DNA of 64,000 bases from Coriobacteriia bacterium. Lineage in GTDB: Bacteria; Actinomycetota; Coriobacteriia; Anaerosomatales; JAAXUF01. The stretch covers positions 3,203 to 67,202 of the forward strand of contig JBBRWO010000002.1 of NCBI GenBank assembly GCA_038249135.1, written 5' to 3'. Positions 48,702 through 57,764 of the stretch are shown here, piece by piece. Every line of letters starts with the position of its first letter. Position 1 is the stretch's first letter. A program made the position numbers and the translations under genes. The notes beneath the pieces were generated by a model. That model was not told the DNA's origin. It saw only the letters and a program-made list of their open reading frames with translations, and did not search any database.

Positions 48702-51526
48702 CGCGCGCCTCCGCACACGGCGCGCGCGCGGCACTTCACACAACTGGCCGGATCGTGCGGCTCCTGTTCGATCCGTCCTGCCCGCATTCCGGCGACAGCG
48801 CCTCGAGCAAGCTCAAGCGCGCCTGCCACGATCGCATCGTACTCGGCTTTCGTCTTGAGGTCTGTTCCCGTGAAGCACCCGGTCACCTCTGCTTCCGACA
48901 GGATGAGACCGCGGTCGCTTCGTTTGCGCAGCCCTCGGTAGATGCCCGCCACCGGATTCACTTTCAGCCCGATTCGGGCCGCTTCGAGATACAGCGGCAC
49001 TTGAATCTTGCGATTCTTGAGGATGTTATCCGCGCTCGGTCCGGATGTGCGCTTGTAGTCGACGACGATCGCTCGATTGGCATCGTCCGTGTCCACGCGA
49101 TCGATTCTGCCACGCAGCGCCAACCCACCGATATCGACCGGCTCCTCACCCGCCATGCCAAACGCCCACTCCATGTGGGTCGGCTTGAATCCCAGGGCGA
49201 ACGTTGCGTCGTCTTCAAGAATACGTTTCACCCATACGAGAGTCGCCCTACGTTCCGAACGCTCAACGACCTTGGTCGGCCCCTGGGCGTCTCCTCCGAG
49301 TTCATCCCATACCATCTCGGCGGCGTCGTGCGCCTGCCGCAACGTCTCCGGCGAGACCCGGCCAACGCCTGTGGCCAAGAGTCGGCTGTATGTTTGCGAC
49401 AGAATTTCGTGTGCGAGAGTTCCCTGCTCGCGAGCATCAAACTCCGATTCCAAAGTCTGGGCCCCTATGGCCCTCGAATAGAACCAGAGATATGGGCATT
49501 CCAGGTAGGTTTCCAGAGCGCTGGGCGAGTACGCGGCGGCGGCGGCCAGGCGCTCTAGCGAGCTCTGCTCGCGGATGGCGGAGACTCGTGACTGGGACCG
49601 CCACAGCGCCGCTCGAGCTCGCGCGCCGCCTGAACGACCTTGCGCCTCAGCGCGAAGGCGCTCACGCGGGGTCGCCATGGCCGAAAGACGGGGGGTCTGG
49701 GATAGAGCGCGTTCCTCTGCGGGGGGGCGAATATCGTCGGGCTCCACGCGGCAGAAGTCCGCGACCGTTTCAAACAGGTGCGAGACGCCCGCCGGGTCCC
49801 CGTCGGAGTCGGCGGTGCGGGTGCTCAACACGATTCTTCGCTCCGCGCGAGTCAGTGCCATGTAGAACAGCAGTTGCTCATGCTCGACGCCCTTGGGATG
49901 CTCCCCGCGTCCGCCAAACTCCTCCAGCACCGCAGCCACAGCGCTGCCCGGGAGCATGGTTTCCGAGGGTGCAGCAGGGAACTCGTCGGTGTTCAGACCA
50001 CCGATGATCACGGTGTCGTAGCGCCGGCCGCGAACCCTGTCGACAGCGGTGACCTCGACCCCGCCCCCGCGCCCTGCAGTGTTCATGGTCACTACAGACC
50101 GCCTCAGCACATCGATGACGTCCTGGAGCTGAATGGATGGGTCATCAACCGACGCGACCTGGGTGAGAAGCCTCTGAATTGCGGCATGAGCCGCCGCATC
50201 CTCGGCCACGATCGCCTCAGCCTTGCCGCCACGGCCGTATCCTGCCACCAAAAGCGTGCCAACCGCTTCCGAGAGCTGAAGTGCCGCCGACGCGTCCATC
50301 GAGCCACGAGTCGCCCGCGCTGCAAGCCGAACGATGCGCTGGAGAGGTTTGCTTGCGCTCCACATCCCATCGATCAGTTCGACTCGGGTCGTTACCCCTT
50401 CGCTACGCCATCGACGTTCAAGATCAAGAGTTGCCTCACGCTCGCCGTCACAGTAGGGCGACTTCAGCAGAGACAGCAGGAGGTCCCGGTCGCCTGAAAC
50501 CAAGAACTGAAGGAGTGAAACCGCGGCCGAGCCAAATGTGGTCGACCCCAACGGGAGACGAATGTCGTATTCGGCATCTATGCCGGCCTCGTCGAACGCT
50601 TCCTTGATGTAGCGGAAATGCCTTTCAGGGTGGCGGAACACGACAGCGATGGAGGCTGCGTCCGCTTCACTTCCATATATTGTCAATGCGTGACGCACTT
50701 CCTCGGCGATTCTGTGCGCCTCGGCTTCGTAGCCCTCGGCGAACGAGAACCTCACCTCGTCCCCGGGAGGAATGGGCGTGACCGAAGAGAAGAGACAGTC
50801 CGCAAGAAGGGCAAGCTCCGGTTTCGTGTGAAACATCGGCTCCGACGTCGCTTCTGAATCGATCGCTAGTCTGCTGACCAGCGCATCCAGAGCCTTGGTG
50901 GGTGCAAAACCGGTTTCCCAGGTGAGCGTGACCAGCACCTCGCGCGTCTTGGCCGCCCCCGCAAGGAGCTGTTCCTGCCAAGGGGCGAAATCAATGAACC
51001 CCTGCACCACGAGGGGATCTCCCGGAAGCTCAGGCGCTCCGGCGAGCGCGTGCGCGGCCTCTTCGCGTTCGACCAAGCCCAAGCGATCCAGAGCGTCTCG
51101 ATAAAGCAGGATCGTTCGGATCAGCCCTGCTCCCGGTCCGTCGACTTCTGGTGCCGCTGCACGCCACCGCTCCCCCACCTGACCCGCAAGCGCGCTGACG
51201 CAAGAGACGGCGAGCTCGCCCGTACCGGTGCCTGCGCCGGCGCGACGAGCGGCAGCGTTCGCGAGGAGCTGCCGAGCGAAGCCCTTGACTATCGTCCGCC
51301 CATCACCGCAGCGTGCCCAGGCGTCATCCATGTACGCTTCGAATGTGGTTACCCGAAACCCAAGCGCATCATCTGCCACAAGTTCATCTGCGGCGCGTTG
51401 CACGTCAGGTTGCGAAGGAAGCACAAGGATAGGTGCGCGCCCAGAGCCATGAGCGCGCCGAACGAGATCAAGCGCCGCGCCCGTCTTTCCTGTGTTCGCC
51501 CTGCCTACTACGAGCCTGAGTGCCAT
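48698..51526 (-). CDS. addB: ATP-dependent helicase/nuclease subunit B (AddB/RexB-like, Fe-S Cys cluster)
   Basis: N-terminus: VVGRANTGKTG. C-terminal nuclease region has IDRVD and VDYK plus Cys residues (ECPYLWF ... CVKCRARAVC). The ATG at 51526 has a GGGGGAG SD. Confidence 0.8.
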   Translation of the reverse strand: MALRLVVGRANTGKTGAALDLVRRAHGSGRAPILVLPSQPDVQRAADELVADDALGFRVTTFEAYMDDAWARCGDGRTIVKGFARQLLANAAARRAGAGTGTGELAVSCVSALAGQVGERWRAAAPEVDGPGAGLIRTILLYRDALDRLGLVEREEAAHALAGAPELPGDPLVVQGFIDFAPWQEQLLAGAAKTREVLVTLTWETGFAPTKALDALVSRLAIDSEATSEPMFHTKPELALLADCLFSSVTPIPPGDEVRFSFAEGYEAEAHRIAEEVRHALTIYGSEADAASIAVVFRHPERHFRYIKEAFDEAGIDAEYDIRLPLGSTTFGSAAVSLLQFLVSGDRDLLLSLLKSPYCDGEREATLDLERRWRSEGVTTRVELIDGMWSASKPLQRIVRLAARATRGSMDASAALQLSEAVGTLLVAGYGRGGKAEAIVAEDAAAHAAIQRLLTQVASVDDPSIQLQDVIDVLRRSVVTMNTAGRGGGVEVTAVDRVRGRRYDTVIIGGLNTDEFPAAPSETMLPGSAVAAVLEEFGGRGEHPKGVEHEQLLFYMALTRAERRIVLSTRTADSDGDPAGVSHLFETVADFCRVEPDDIRPPAEERALSQTPRLSAMATPRERLRAEAQGRSGGARARAALWRSQSRVSAIREQSSLERLAAAAAYSPSALETYLECPYLWFYSRAIGAQTLESEFDAREQGTLAHEILSQTYSRLLATGVGRVSPETLRQAHDAAEMVWDELGGDAQGPTKVVERSERRATLVWVKRILEDDATFALGFKPTHMEWAFGMAGEEPVDIGGLALRGRIDRVDTDDANRAIVVDYKRTSGPSADNILKNRKIQVPLYLEAARIGLKVNPVAGIYRGLRKRSDRGLILSEAEVTGCFTGTDLKTKAEYDAIVAGALELARGAVAGMRAGRIEQEPHDPASCVKCRARAVCGGAR

Positions 51527-51549
51527 CTCTCCCCCTTCGACCTTGGATG

Positions 51550-51571
51550 AGTTTGCACTCTGGCTCTGACA
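51550..51571 (-). promoter_or_regulatory. Weak PafBC-type motif upstream of addB
   Basis: The minus strand reads TGTCAGaG-ccagagtg-cAAACT, with one mismatch in each element. It lies 24 nt upstream of the addB ATG, inside the 3' end region of ytxH. Confidence 0.2.
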
Positions 51572-51573
51572 CG

Positions 51574-51870
51574 CTAGGAAGTCTGGGTCTGCGTGTAGCG
51601 CTGAACGCCCTCTCGAATCTCTTTCACCTTGCGCCACGCGACTTCCTCGTCACGCCCCAGGTAGTGTTCGACGCGCCCACCGAGCATCTCTGCAGCGTGC
51701 TCGGCACGTTCTGCGAGTCCGCGCGCAACCTCCGCCGCTCGCAACGCCTCATCCGCCAGCCTCTGCCTCGTCTTCTGGCCGCTACTCGGAGCCAACAACA
51801 GCCCGCCGAGGAAACCCGCGACGGCACCGACGATAAGCCCAATGGCTAAATATTCCAGATTGCGCTTCAT
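51574..51870 (-). CDS. YtxH-domain protein
   Basis: LAIGLIVGAVAGFLGGLLLAPSSGQKTRQRL. Its ATG overlaps the parB stop as ATGA. Confidence 0.7.
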   Translation of the reverse strand: MKRNLEYLAIGLIVGAVAGFLGGLLLAPSSGQKTRQRLADEALRAAEVARGLAERAEHAAEMLGGRVEHYLGRDEEVAWRKVKEIREGVQRYTQTQTS

Positions 51871-52748
51871 TCGTCATCCCTTCCGGGTACTGCTACTGCC
51901 TCGGCGTCAGTGAGAAGCCGGAATATCCTCTCGAGCTCCTCTTCACCATGGAAATCAATCTCTATCTTGCCCTTATCCTTTGTGAGCTTCACCTTGACGT
52001 TGGTGTTCAGGAGCCGACGGAGCGACCGGGCGACCACCTTGAACGTCTTAGGGGTTGCAGGACGAGGCGTCCGCTCGGTCTGCCCTGCAGCGTAGAGCCG
52101 CGCGAGGTTTTCGGCCTCCCGAACCGAGAGCCCGTCCTCGACAATTCTTTTTGCCAGCCTGGATCGAACCTCGTCATCGGGCACTGATAGAACCGCACGG
52201 GCGTGACCAGCGGAAAGCCGACCGTCGTAGACGAACTCCTGCACATCCTCTGGCAGATCAAGAAGACGAAGTGCATTTGTGATGGTCGAGCGAGATTTCG
52301 AGACCTTATCCGCGAGCTCCGCTTGCGTCATGCGATGAACTGTCAATAATTTCCTGTAGCCTCGAGCCTCTTCGACGGCATTCAGGTCACGGCGCTGAAG
52401 GTTCTCGATAAGCGCCATCTCGAGGGATTCGATTTCAGTCGATGCGCGTACACACACTGGCACGCGCTCTAGGCCCGCGATTCGGGACGCCCTCCATCGA
52501 CGCTCACCGGCGATGATCTGATATCCCTCGCCCTGTGGTCTCACGAGAATAGGATTCAGGAGGCCGAACTTGGAAATGGAGTCCGCGAGCTCTGCAATCG
52601 ATTCATCGTCTAGGTCTGTTCGGGGCTGATCAGGGTTCGGGGTGATGAGGTCGACCGACAACTCACGCACGTCTTCTGAGGTCTGTGACTCTTGCGACGC
52701 GCTCGGAATGAGCGCCGAAAGACCCCTGCCAAGCCCACGCTTAGTCAC
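51867..52748 (-). CDS. parB: Chromosome partitioning protein ParB (Spo0J)
   Basis: GLGRGLSALIP, NPDQPR, ILVRP...YQIIAGERRWRAS, and an HTH (MTQAELADKVSKSRSTITNALRLL). Confidence 0.95.
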   Translation of the reverse strand: MTKRGLGRGLSALIPSASQESQTSEDVRELSVDLITPNPDQPRTDLDDESIAELADSISKFGLLNPILVRPQGEGYQIIAGERRWRASRIAGLERVPVCVRASTEIESLEMALIENLQRRDLNAVEEARGYRKLLTVHRMTQAELADKVSKSRSTITNALRLLDLPEDVQEFVYDGRLSAGHARAVLSVPDDEVRSRLAKRIVEDGLSVREAENLARLYAAGQTERTPRPATPKTFKVVARSLRRLLNTNVKVKLTKDKGKIEIDFHGEEELERIFRLLTDAEAVAVPGRDDE

Positions 52749-53541
52749 GATCGATCACTTCCTTAGCCAGATTCATATAGGCCTCAGCACCCTTGCCAGT
52801 GGGATCGTACAACGTAACCGGCTGGCCAAAGCTAGGAGCTTCAGAGAGTCGGACCGTTCTAGGGATAAGTGTCTTGAACACCTTGTCGTCGAAGAAATCA
52901 CGTACTTCTTCGACGACCTGCTGAGCGAGCCTGGTTCTCGAGTCATACATCGTCATGACAACACCGAACACTTCCAGCTCGGGGTTCAGGTGAGTCTTCA
53001 CCAGGCGGACGCTGTCAAGAAGCTTAGACAGGCCCTCAAGGGCATAGAATTCGCACTGGATTGGAATGAGGAGCCCATCGGCGGCGGTCAGCGCGTTGAG
53101 CGTCAGGAGCCCGAGCGATGGCGGGCAGTCAATGATGATGAAATCAAAGTCTTTACGGACCGTTTTGAGGATTGCGCGGAGCTTCGTCTCCCGACTCATG
53201 GCCGAAACTAACTCAATCTCTGCTCCAGCAAGCTGAATAGTTGCAGGAACGACGAACACGTGTTCGATTTCCACGGGCTCAATCATCTGTTCAATCGACG
53301 CATCACCAAGCAGCGCGTTGTAGATACAGAGCTCACGCTGATTCTTGTTGAGGCCAAAACCCGAGGTCGCGTTGCCCTGGGGATCTAGGTCGACCAGAAG
53401 GACCTTACTCCCCAATTGACCGAGCGACGCCGAAAGGTTCACGGCCGTCGTGCTCTTGCCAACCCCGCCCTTCTGGTTGACCACAGCAAGAACCCGGGCA
53501 GATCGAACGGGTGACTCACCTCCGGCGGCAAACTCGTTCAC
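52741..53541 (-). CDS. parA: Chromosome partitioning ATPase ParA (Soj)
   Basis: The deviant Walker A is AVVNQKGGVGKSTTAVNL. DLDPQGN and IIIDCPPSLG are also present. The GTG start has a GGGGGA SD. Confidence 0.95.
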   Translation of the reverse strand: MNEFAAGGESPVRSARVLAVVNQKGGVGKSTTAVNLSASLGQLGSKVLLVDLDPQGNATSGFGLNKNQRELCIYNALLGDASIEQMIEPVEIEHVFVVPATIQLAGAEIELVSAMSRETKLRAILKTVRKDFDFIIIDCPPSLGLLTLNALTAADGLLIPIQCEFYALEGLSKLLDSVRLVKTHLNPELEVFGVVMTMYDSRTRLAQQVVEEVRDFFDDKVFKTLIPRTVRLSEAPSFGQPVTLYDPTGKGAEAYMNLAKEVIDRD

Positions 53542-53612
53542 GCATCCCCCTTATTCAGAGCAACCATTCGACTCGCAAGTATAGCGAACTCAGTACCGGA
53601 AAGGAACAGAGC

Positions 53613-54338
53613 CTACCCGAGCGGCGAGTGTTGAGCGAGACCTTCACGACGGGGCAAGGAGACAGCACTCCGCCCCGTCTTGACGTATGCGATGACACAT
53701 CGCTGCTCGTCACCTCCTGGAAGCCTGAAGTGGCGCTTCGATTTGAGGCGAAGCCCAACAATTCCTGCGGCAACGTCTCCAGAGTCGAGTTCGCCCTGCG
53801 ACGGATCTCCCTTTAGCGCAACTAGGACTCCGCCATCACAAAGAAGGGGAGCCGCGAGTTCGGCCAGGCTGGCTAGCGGAGCGACCGCTCGGGCAGTAAT
53901 GACTGCGTACTCGCCGGCATGTTTCCGTGCATGCTGTTCAGCACGGTCATGGCTTACCCGAATCTGACGGTCCAGGCCCATGTCCATCAGAATTCCGGCG
54001 GCAATGTCCGCCTTCTTTCGAACGGAATCAAGAAGCGTGCAGTCGCGTCCGGAGACCACGGCAAGCGGGACGCCGGGAAAGCCGGCTCCCGTACCTATAT
54101 CGCACAAGGGGCCATCAACGGCTGAGCGGATTTCAGTAAGCGCGCATAGGCTATCGAGGATGTGCAGACGCAGCGCCTGTTCGGGATCGGTGATTCTTGT
54201 TAGATTCGTCGTTTCATTGGCAGCGAGGACAGCGTTCAGATACCGCACCAGCACAATTAGAGATTGGTCCGATGCCTCGATCGACGATTCAGCACACCGT
54301 CTAGAGAGCAACGCCGTTTGGGACTCGGAATGTTTCAC
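53613..54338 (-). CDS. rsmG: 16S rRNA (guanine527-N7)-methyltransferase RsmG (GidB)
   Basis: NLTRITDPEQALRLHILDSL, and the SAM-binding motif DIGTGAGFPGVPLA. The GTG start lies inside the first parS site. Confidence 0.9.
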   Translation of the reverse strand: MKHSESQTALLSRRCAESSIEASDQSLIVLVRYLNAVLAANETTNLTRITDPEQALRLHILDSLCALTEIRSAVDGPLCDIGTGAGFPGVPLAVVSGRDCTLLDSVRKKADIAAGILMDMGLDRQIRVSHDRAEQHARKHAGEYAVITARAVAPLASLAELAAPLLCDGGVLVALKGDPSQGELDSGDVAAGIVGLRLKSKRHFRLPGGDEQRCVIAYVKTGRSAVSLPRREGLAQHSPLG

Positions 54339-54346
54339 GTGAAACT
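54331..54346. other. parS centromere-like site (15/16 to TGTTTCACGTGAAACA)
   Basis: Reads TGTTTCACGTGAAACt. It overlaps the rsmG GTG start codon (54336-54338). Confidence 0.8.
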
Positions 54347-54515
54347 CCTATCTGGGAATCGTCATTCTAACATGGCCGAAATCCATAGTCGCTGTCGACA
54401 GATCGGTTGGGCTTGCCCGAGGCAGCGATTTCGCCTCGCGAATCGGCGCCGCTGCTCGATCTGCGCTAGATTGCACTCACGAATTCGACGTTCCACGCTT
54501 CATCAGGCCATCGTA

Positions 54516-54531
54516 TGTTTCACGTGAAACC
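54516..54531. other. parS centromere-like site (15/16 to TGTTTCACGTGAAACA)
   Basis: Reads TGTTTCACGTGAAACc. It lies 185 bp from the first copy. Both copies are preceded by A, so ATGTTTCACGTGAAAC is shared. Confidence 0.8.
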
Positions 54532-54783
54532 CTCGCATGAGTTCAACTGACCGGAATGCATGCCAGAACTTGGCGACTCGTGGAGTCTTGGCAGCAAACG
54601 GCCGGTTGAATACCCGGTTTAGGTGATGCGCGCATTGTCCCGGGGGACTTTGCTCGATCGTCGATGTGCTTCCTGCAGTTCGCCATGGGCTGAGCGGACT
54701 TTGAGCCGTAGGCGCTCCACGCCAAGGGTAAGGATGAATCTGGGCTCGCTCGGCGCGTGACGAAGCACTCACTTGCCAAACAC

Positions 54784-55107
54784 CTACCTCGGCAGCCAGC
54801 CCGCTAAGGTCCAGTAGCCGTTGCCGTGCAATTCAGCAGCTGAACGATCCTTGCTGGCGGATATTCCGGAATCGCCACCAAGCAGCGAGGTCTGGCGATC
54901 TCCAGCAATTGGCCAGACACTGTTGGCCTGAACAGAAGTTCGCCCGACTGTCCCGGCGGAGTCGGTCGCCCCGTCCGCTTCGAGAAAGTAGGTTCCGATA
55001 CGCCACGAGTTGGAACTATTCACAGGTCCCGACCGAGCCATCTGCGCTGCTGCGCGGATGGAGTACCCAGGTGGACGTCTCCCGTCGCGACGCTCGACAA
55101 CCTGCAT
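54784..55107 (-). CDS. Hypothetical protein (weak call)
   Basis: A 107-aa ORF with no recognisable motif and no clear SD. It starts just after the jag terminator. It is the only sizeable ORF in the 840-bp rsmG-jag gap. Confidence 0.25.
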   Translation of the reverse strand: MQVVERRDGRRPPGYSIRAAAQMARSGPVNSSNSWRIGTYFLEADGATDSAGTVGRTSVQANSVWPIAGDRQTSLLGGDSGISASKDRSAAELHGNGYWTLAGWLPR

Positions 55108-55129
55108 ACCTCTCTGCTGGAGATAGCAA

Positions 55130-55153
55130 ACGAGGCGCCCGGGGGCGCCTCGT
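55130..55153 (-). terminator. Hairpin terminator downstream of jag
   Basis: A 10-bp stem, acgaggcgcc/ggcgcctcgt, with a 4-nt loop. It is followed on the minus strand by TTGCTATCT. Confidence 0.6.
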
Positions 55154-55177
55154 CGGATTACCTATGCAGAACAGACC

Positions 55178-55942
55178 CTATCTGGGAGCCACAACGACCA
55201 TTCGGAACGGCTCATCGCCTTCACTATGTGTTACGACACGTTGATCGTCACGAAGCGCGACGTGAACGACGCGACGTTCATATGCGGTCATCGGGCGCAT
55301 CTTTACGGCACCGTGCTGGCGTGCCGCACGATCCGCCGAGCGCCGTGCAATTTCCTCGATCTTCTGGCGGCGGCGATGCCTGTAGCCCTCTACATCAACA
55401 ATGACGGGGTACCTGAAGCCGAGCTGCTTGTTGGTAATAGCAGACACCAGCGCCTGCAGTGCGTCGAGCGTACGTCCATGACGACCAATAAGAAGCGCCA
55501 GGTCCCCACCGACGACATCCAAGATGATTTCGCCTTCATCCCCTTCATACTCTTCAATGGAGCTGCCTTCGATACCGAAGGTGTTCAGGATCGTCTGCAG
55601 AGCGGCGACTGCGGTGTCGGCGACCTTGTCCAGGTCCTCGTCGGCGAGCTCGCCAACTTCCCGGTACCGTTTCAGCTCATCGGGGACGTCCTCAGCGGGG
55701 TCGACCAGCACATCAGGATCGGCAGCATCGACGTTTCGTGCCTCCTCGAGCTCGGCCAGGTATGAATCCTTAACCCACACACGTACCTTGGCGTCTCGCT
55801 CGGATCCGATTCCAAATACCTTCCGACCCGCCGTTTCGAGTATTTCGTACTCGACGGCATCCTGTTGGACACCAAGCTGCTCGAGGGCCGCGTCAACAGC
55901 CTCTTCGACTGAGGCAGCCTCAGTCACGCATTCTCTCTCCAT
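55178..55942 (-). CDS. jag: Jag/KhpB RNA-binding protein (Jag_N, KH, R3H)
   Basis: N-terminus: EEAVDAALEQLGVQQDAVEYEILE. C-terminal R3H region: MTAYERRVVHVALRDDQRVVTHSEGDEPFRMVVV. The ATG is at 55942, and the track start at 56104 is an extension. Confidence 0.85.
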   Translation of the reverse strand: MERECVTEAASVEEAVDAALEQLGVQQDAVEYEILETAGRKVFGIGSERDAKVRVWVKDSYLAELEEARNVDAADPDVLVDPAEDVPDELKRYREVGELADEDLDKVADTAVAALQTILNTFGIEGSSIEEYEGDEGEIILDVVGGDLALLIGRHGRTLDALQALVSAITNKQLGFRYPVIVDVEGYRHRRRQKIEEIARRSADRAARQHGAVKMRPMTAYERRVVHVALRDDQRVVTHSEGDEPFRMVVVAPR

Positions 55943-55982
55943 CAGACAGACTCCATTCCTACAGCGCCGAGGCGCGGGATCG

Positions 55983-56762
55983 CTAGGACTTCTTGCCGCC
56001 GGACTTCTTGTTTGCCGGCTTCTTCTCGGCAACATCCTCGGCGGGGGAGACCTTCTTCTTAGATGACTTCTTTGTCTCAACTTCAAGAGCGACGTCTGCC
56101 GCAAGACTCTTCTTGACCGACATCATGGTCAGCTGCTGCTGGGCAACGCCCCAGATGCTTGAGACATCCCAGTAGAGCAGCACGCCAGCGGGGCTGGTCC
56201 AACCGAACCACAGCATGACAATCGCCATGTAGGCGCCGATCATCTTCTGTTGCTTGTCACCGGGCATGAGAGCTTGGGGCAGCCAGACGCTCACAGCGAA
56301 CAGAACTACGAGAATTGCGTAAGGAATAACCGAAACGAGGCCCTGTTCAGTGAAAACGACCTTCGGGGTGTTCGACAGATTGGGAATAATTGACAGAAAT
56401 GTCCAGGCATCTGTCGCCCTGTTGCGCAATACACTGAAGAGCGCAAAGAAGATCGGCATCTGGAGAATGAGGGGAAGACACCCGCCAAACGGGTTCACCT
56501 TGTTCTCGGAGTAGAACTTCATCGTCTCTTCTTGGAGCTTCTCTTTGTCGTCCTTGTACTTGGCCTGCAACTCTTTGATCTTTGGCTGAATTCTCTGAAG
56601 CTCGGCCATGGACTTCGTCTGCTTGACCGTGAGCGGCAGAATCAGAATCCGAATAGCCACGGTAAGGAGAATAATCGCCACACCCCAGTCACCTGTTAGC
56701 TGCTCGAGCCAGACAAGCGCTGCATAGATAATGTCCTGAAACTGGGTCCATAGTCCTGACAC
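55983..56762 (-). CDS. yidC: Membrane protein insertase YidC (short Gram-positive type)
   Basis: ILLTVAIRILILPLTVKQTKSM, NPFGGCLPLILQMPIFFALF, with a Lys-rich C-terminal tail. Confidence 0.9.
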   Translation of the reverse strand: MSGLWTQFQDIIYAALVWLEQLTGDWGVAIILLTVAIRILILPLTVKQTKSMAELQRIQPKIKELQAKYKDDKEKLQEETMKFYSENKVNPFGGCLPLILQMPIFFALFSVLRNRATDAWTFLSIIPNLSNTPKVVFTEQGLVSVIPYAILVVLFAVSVWLPQALMPGDKQQKMIGAYMAIVMLWFGWTSPAGVLLYWDVSSIWGVAQQQLTMMSVKKSLAADVALEVETKKSSKKKVSPAEDVAEKKPANKKSGGKKS

Positions 56763-56798
56763 CCTGGAATACCTCCTCGGTTGTTTACGTGCAGGCCC

Positions 56799-57041
56799 CT
56801 AAGGGACCGGGTCATATCCGCCTGGGTTCCACGGGTGGCAACGACCAATTCGTCGCAGCGCAAGCCAGCCACCCTTAAGTAGCCCGTATTTCTCCAATGA
56901 TGTTAGCGCATAAGCCGAGCATGTCGGTGTGAACCTACACGAGGGGGGGAATGCCGGCGAGATGAAACGCCGATAGAAGCGAATCAGAAGCATCGCAAAC
57001 TGTCGCGGAAAAGCCTCAATGTGCCCACGTGGGGCGTTCAT
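56799..57041 (-). CDS. yidD: Membrane protein insertion efficiency factor YidD
   Basis: [35 protein letters not shown]...[17 protein letters not shown]. Its ATG overlaps the rnpA stop as ATGA. Confidence 0.85.
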   Translation of the reverse strand: MNAPRGHIEAFPRQFAMLLIRFYRRFISPAFPPSCRFTPTCSAYALTSLEKYGLLKGGWLALRRIGRCHPWNPGGYDPVP

Positions 57042-57370
57042 CGGGTCAGCCTGGCTCGTGACGTCACGTTCTCGAACGCACGGTCGACTTCCTGTGGAAC
57101 GGCGTCTCCGAGACCCGGGCGGGCGATGATCGCCACATCTGAACCAGGCCACGGCCCGCCGGCACGCCGGAGGGACGCTCTAAGCACGCGCTTGCAACGA
57201 TTGCGGTGAACCGCATTGCCAAGTTTCTTCCCCGCAACAAAAGCGACGCGACCTGTCTGGTCGCGTCCTTCTGGTGTTGCTGAGACGAGCAGTATGATGA
57301 GCGGATGAGCCACGCGCGTCGCCTCTTGAAAGATCCTATCGATCTCTCGCGACGACTTGATGGTACTCAC
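57038..57370 (-). CDS. rnpA: Ribonuclease P protein component
   Basis: [25 protein letters not shown]. It lies downstream of rpmH. It starts with GTG. Confidence 0.85.
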   Translation of the reverse strand: MSTIKSSREIDRIFQEATRVAHPLIILLVSATPEGRDQTGRVAFVAGKKLGNAVHRNRCKRVLRASLRRAGGPWPGSDVAIIARPGLGDAVPQEVDRAFENVTSRARLTR

Positions 57371-57405
57371 GCGATCACGGGCCGGCGAAACGCCTAGTCC
57401 GAAGA

Positions 57406-57540
57406 CTAGGCGCTCAGGACCTTGCGCCCCTTGCGCCGGCGTGCAGCGAGAACCGCGCGTCCGCCGCGGGTTGCCATGCGAGCTCGAAAGCCGTGCGTCT
57501 TGGCACGCTTCCGGGTGTTAGGCTGATATGTTCTCTTCAC
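57406..57540 (-). CDS. rpmH: 50S ribosomal protein L34
   Basis: (V)[43 protein letters not shown]. The GTG at 57540 has an AGGAGG SD. The track ORF extends to 57606. Confidence 0.95.
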   Translation of the reverse strand: MKRTYQPNTRKRAKTHGFRARMATRGGRAVLAARRRKGRKVLSA

Positions 57541-57586
57541 TGTTCCTCCTAGGTGCGCCCCCTCGGAGCGGGGGCAAAGCCCGACG

Positions 57587-57616
57587 ATTATATGCGTGTG
57601 GTTCACGGCGTGTCAA
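57587..57616 (-). promoter_or_regulatory. Consensus-like promoter of rpmH
   Basis: The minus strand reads TTGACA (57611-57616), an 18-nt spacer, then TATAAT (57587-57592). Confidence 0.6.
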
Positions 57617-57764
57617 ACGGGGTATCTCCGGGGCCCCTCACGGGGACCAGCGGGGCTTGATCGGCCTTGTTATGCCCAAGCGGCGGATACCGAACGTGTG
57701 TTTGCCTTCGTGTTCCCGCAGGTCAGGACCTACGCCGCTGGAGTCAGAAAAGTCGACCGGAATC

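Noticed and set aside
54503-55244. ORFs 54503..54772 (-), 54909..55244 (+) and 54264..54527 (+) in the rsmG-jag gap
   Set aside because: They have no SD and no motifs, and they are rich in Arg/Ser/Pro. One runs across the jag terminator and into jag in the antisense direction.
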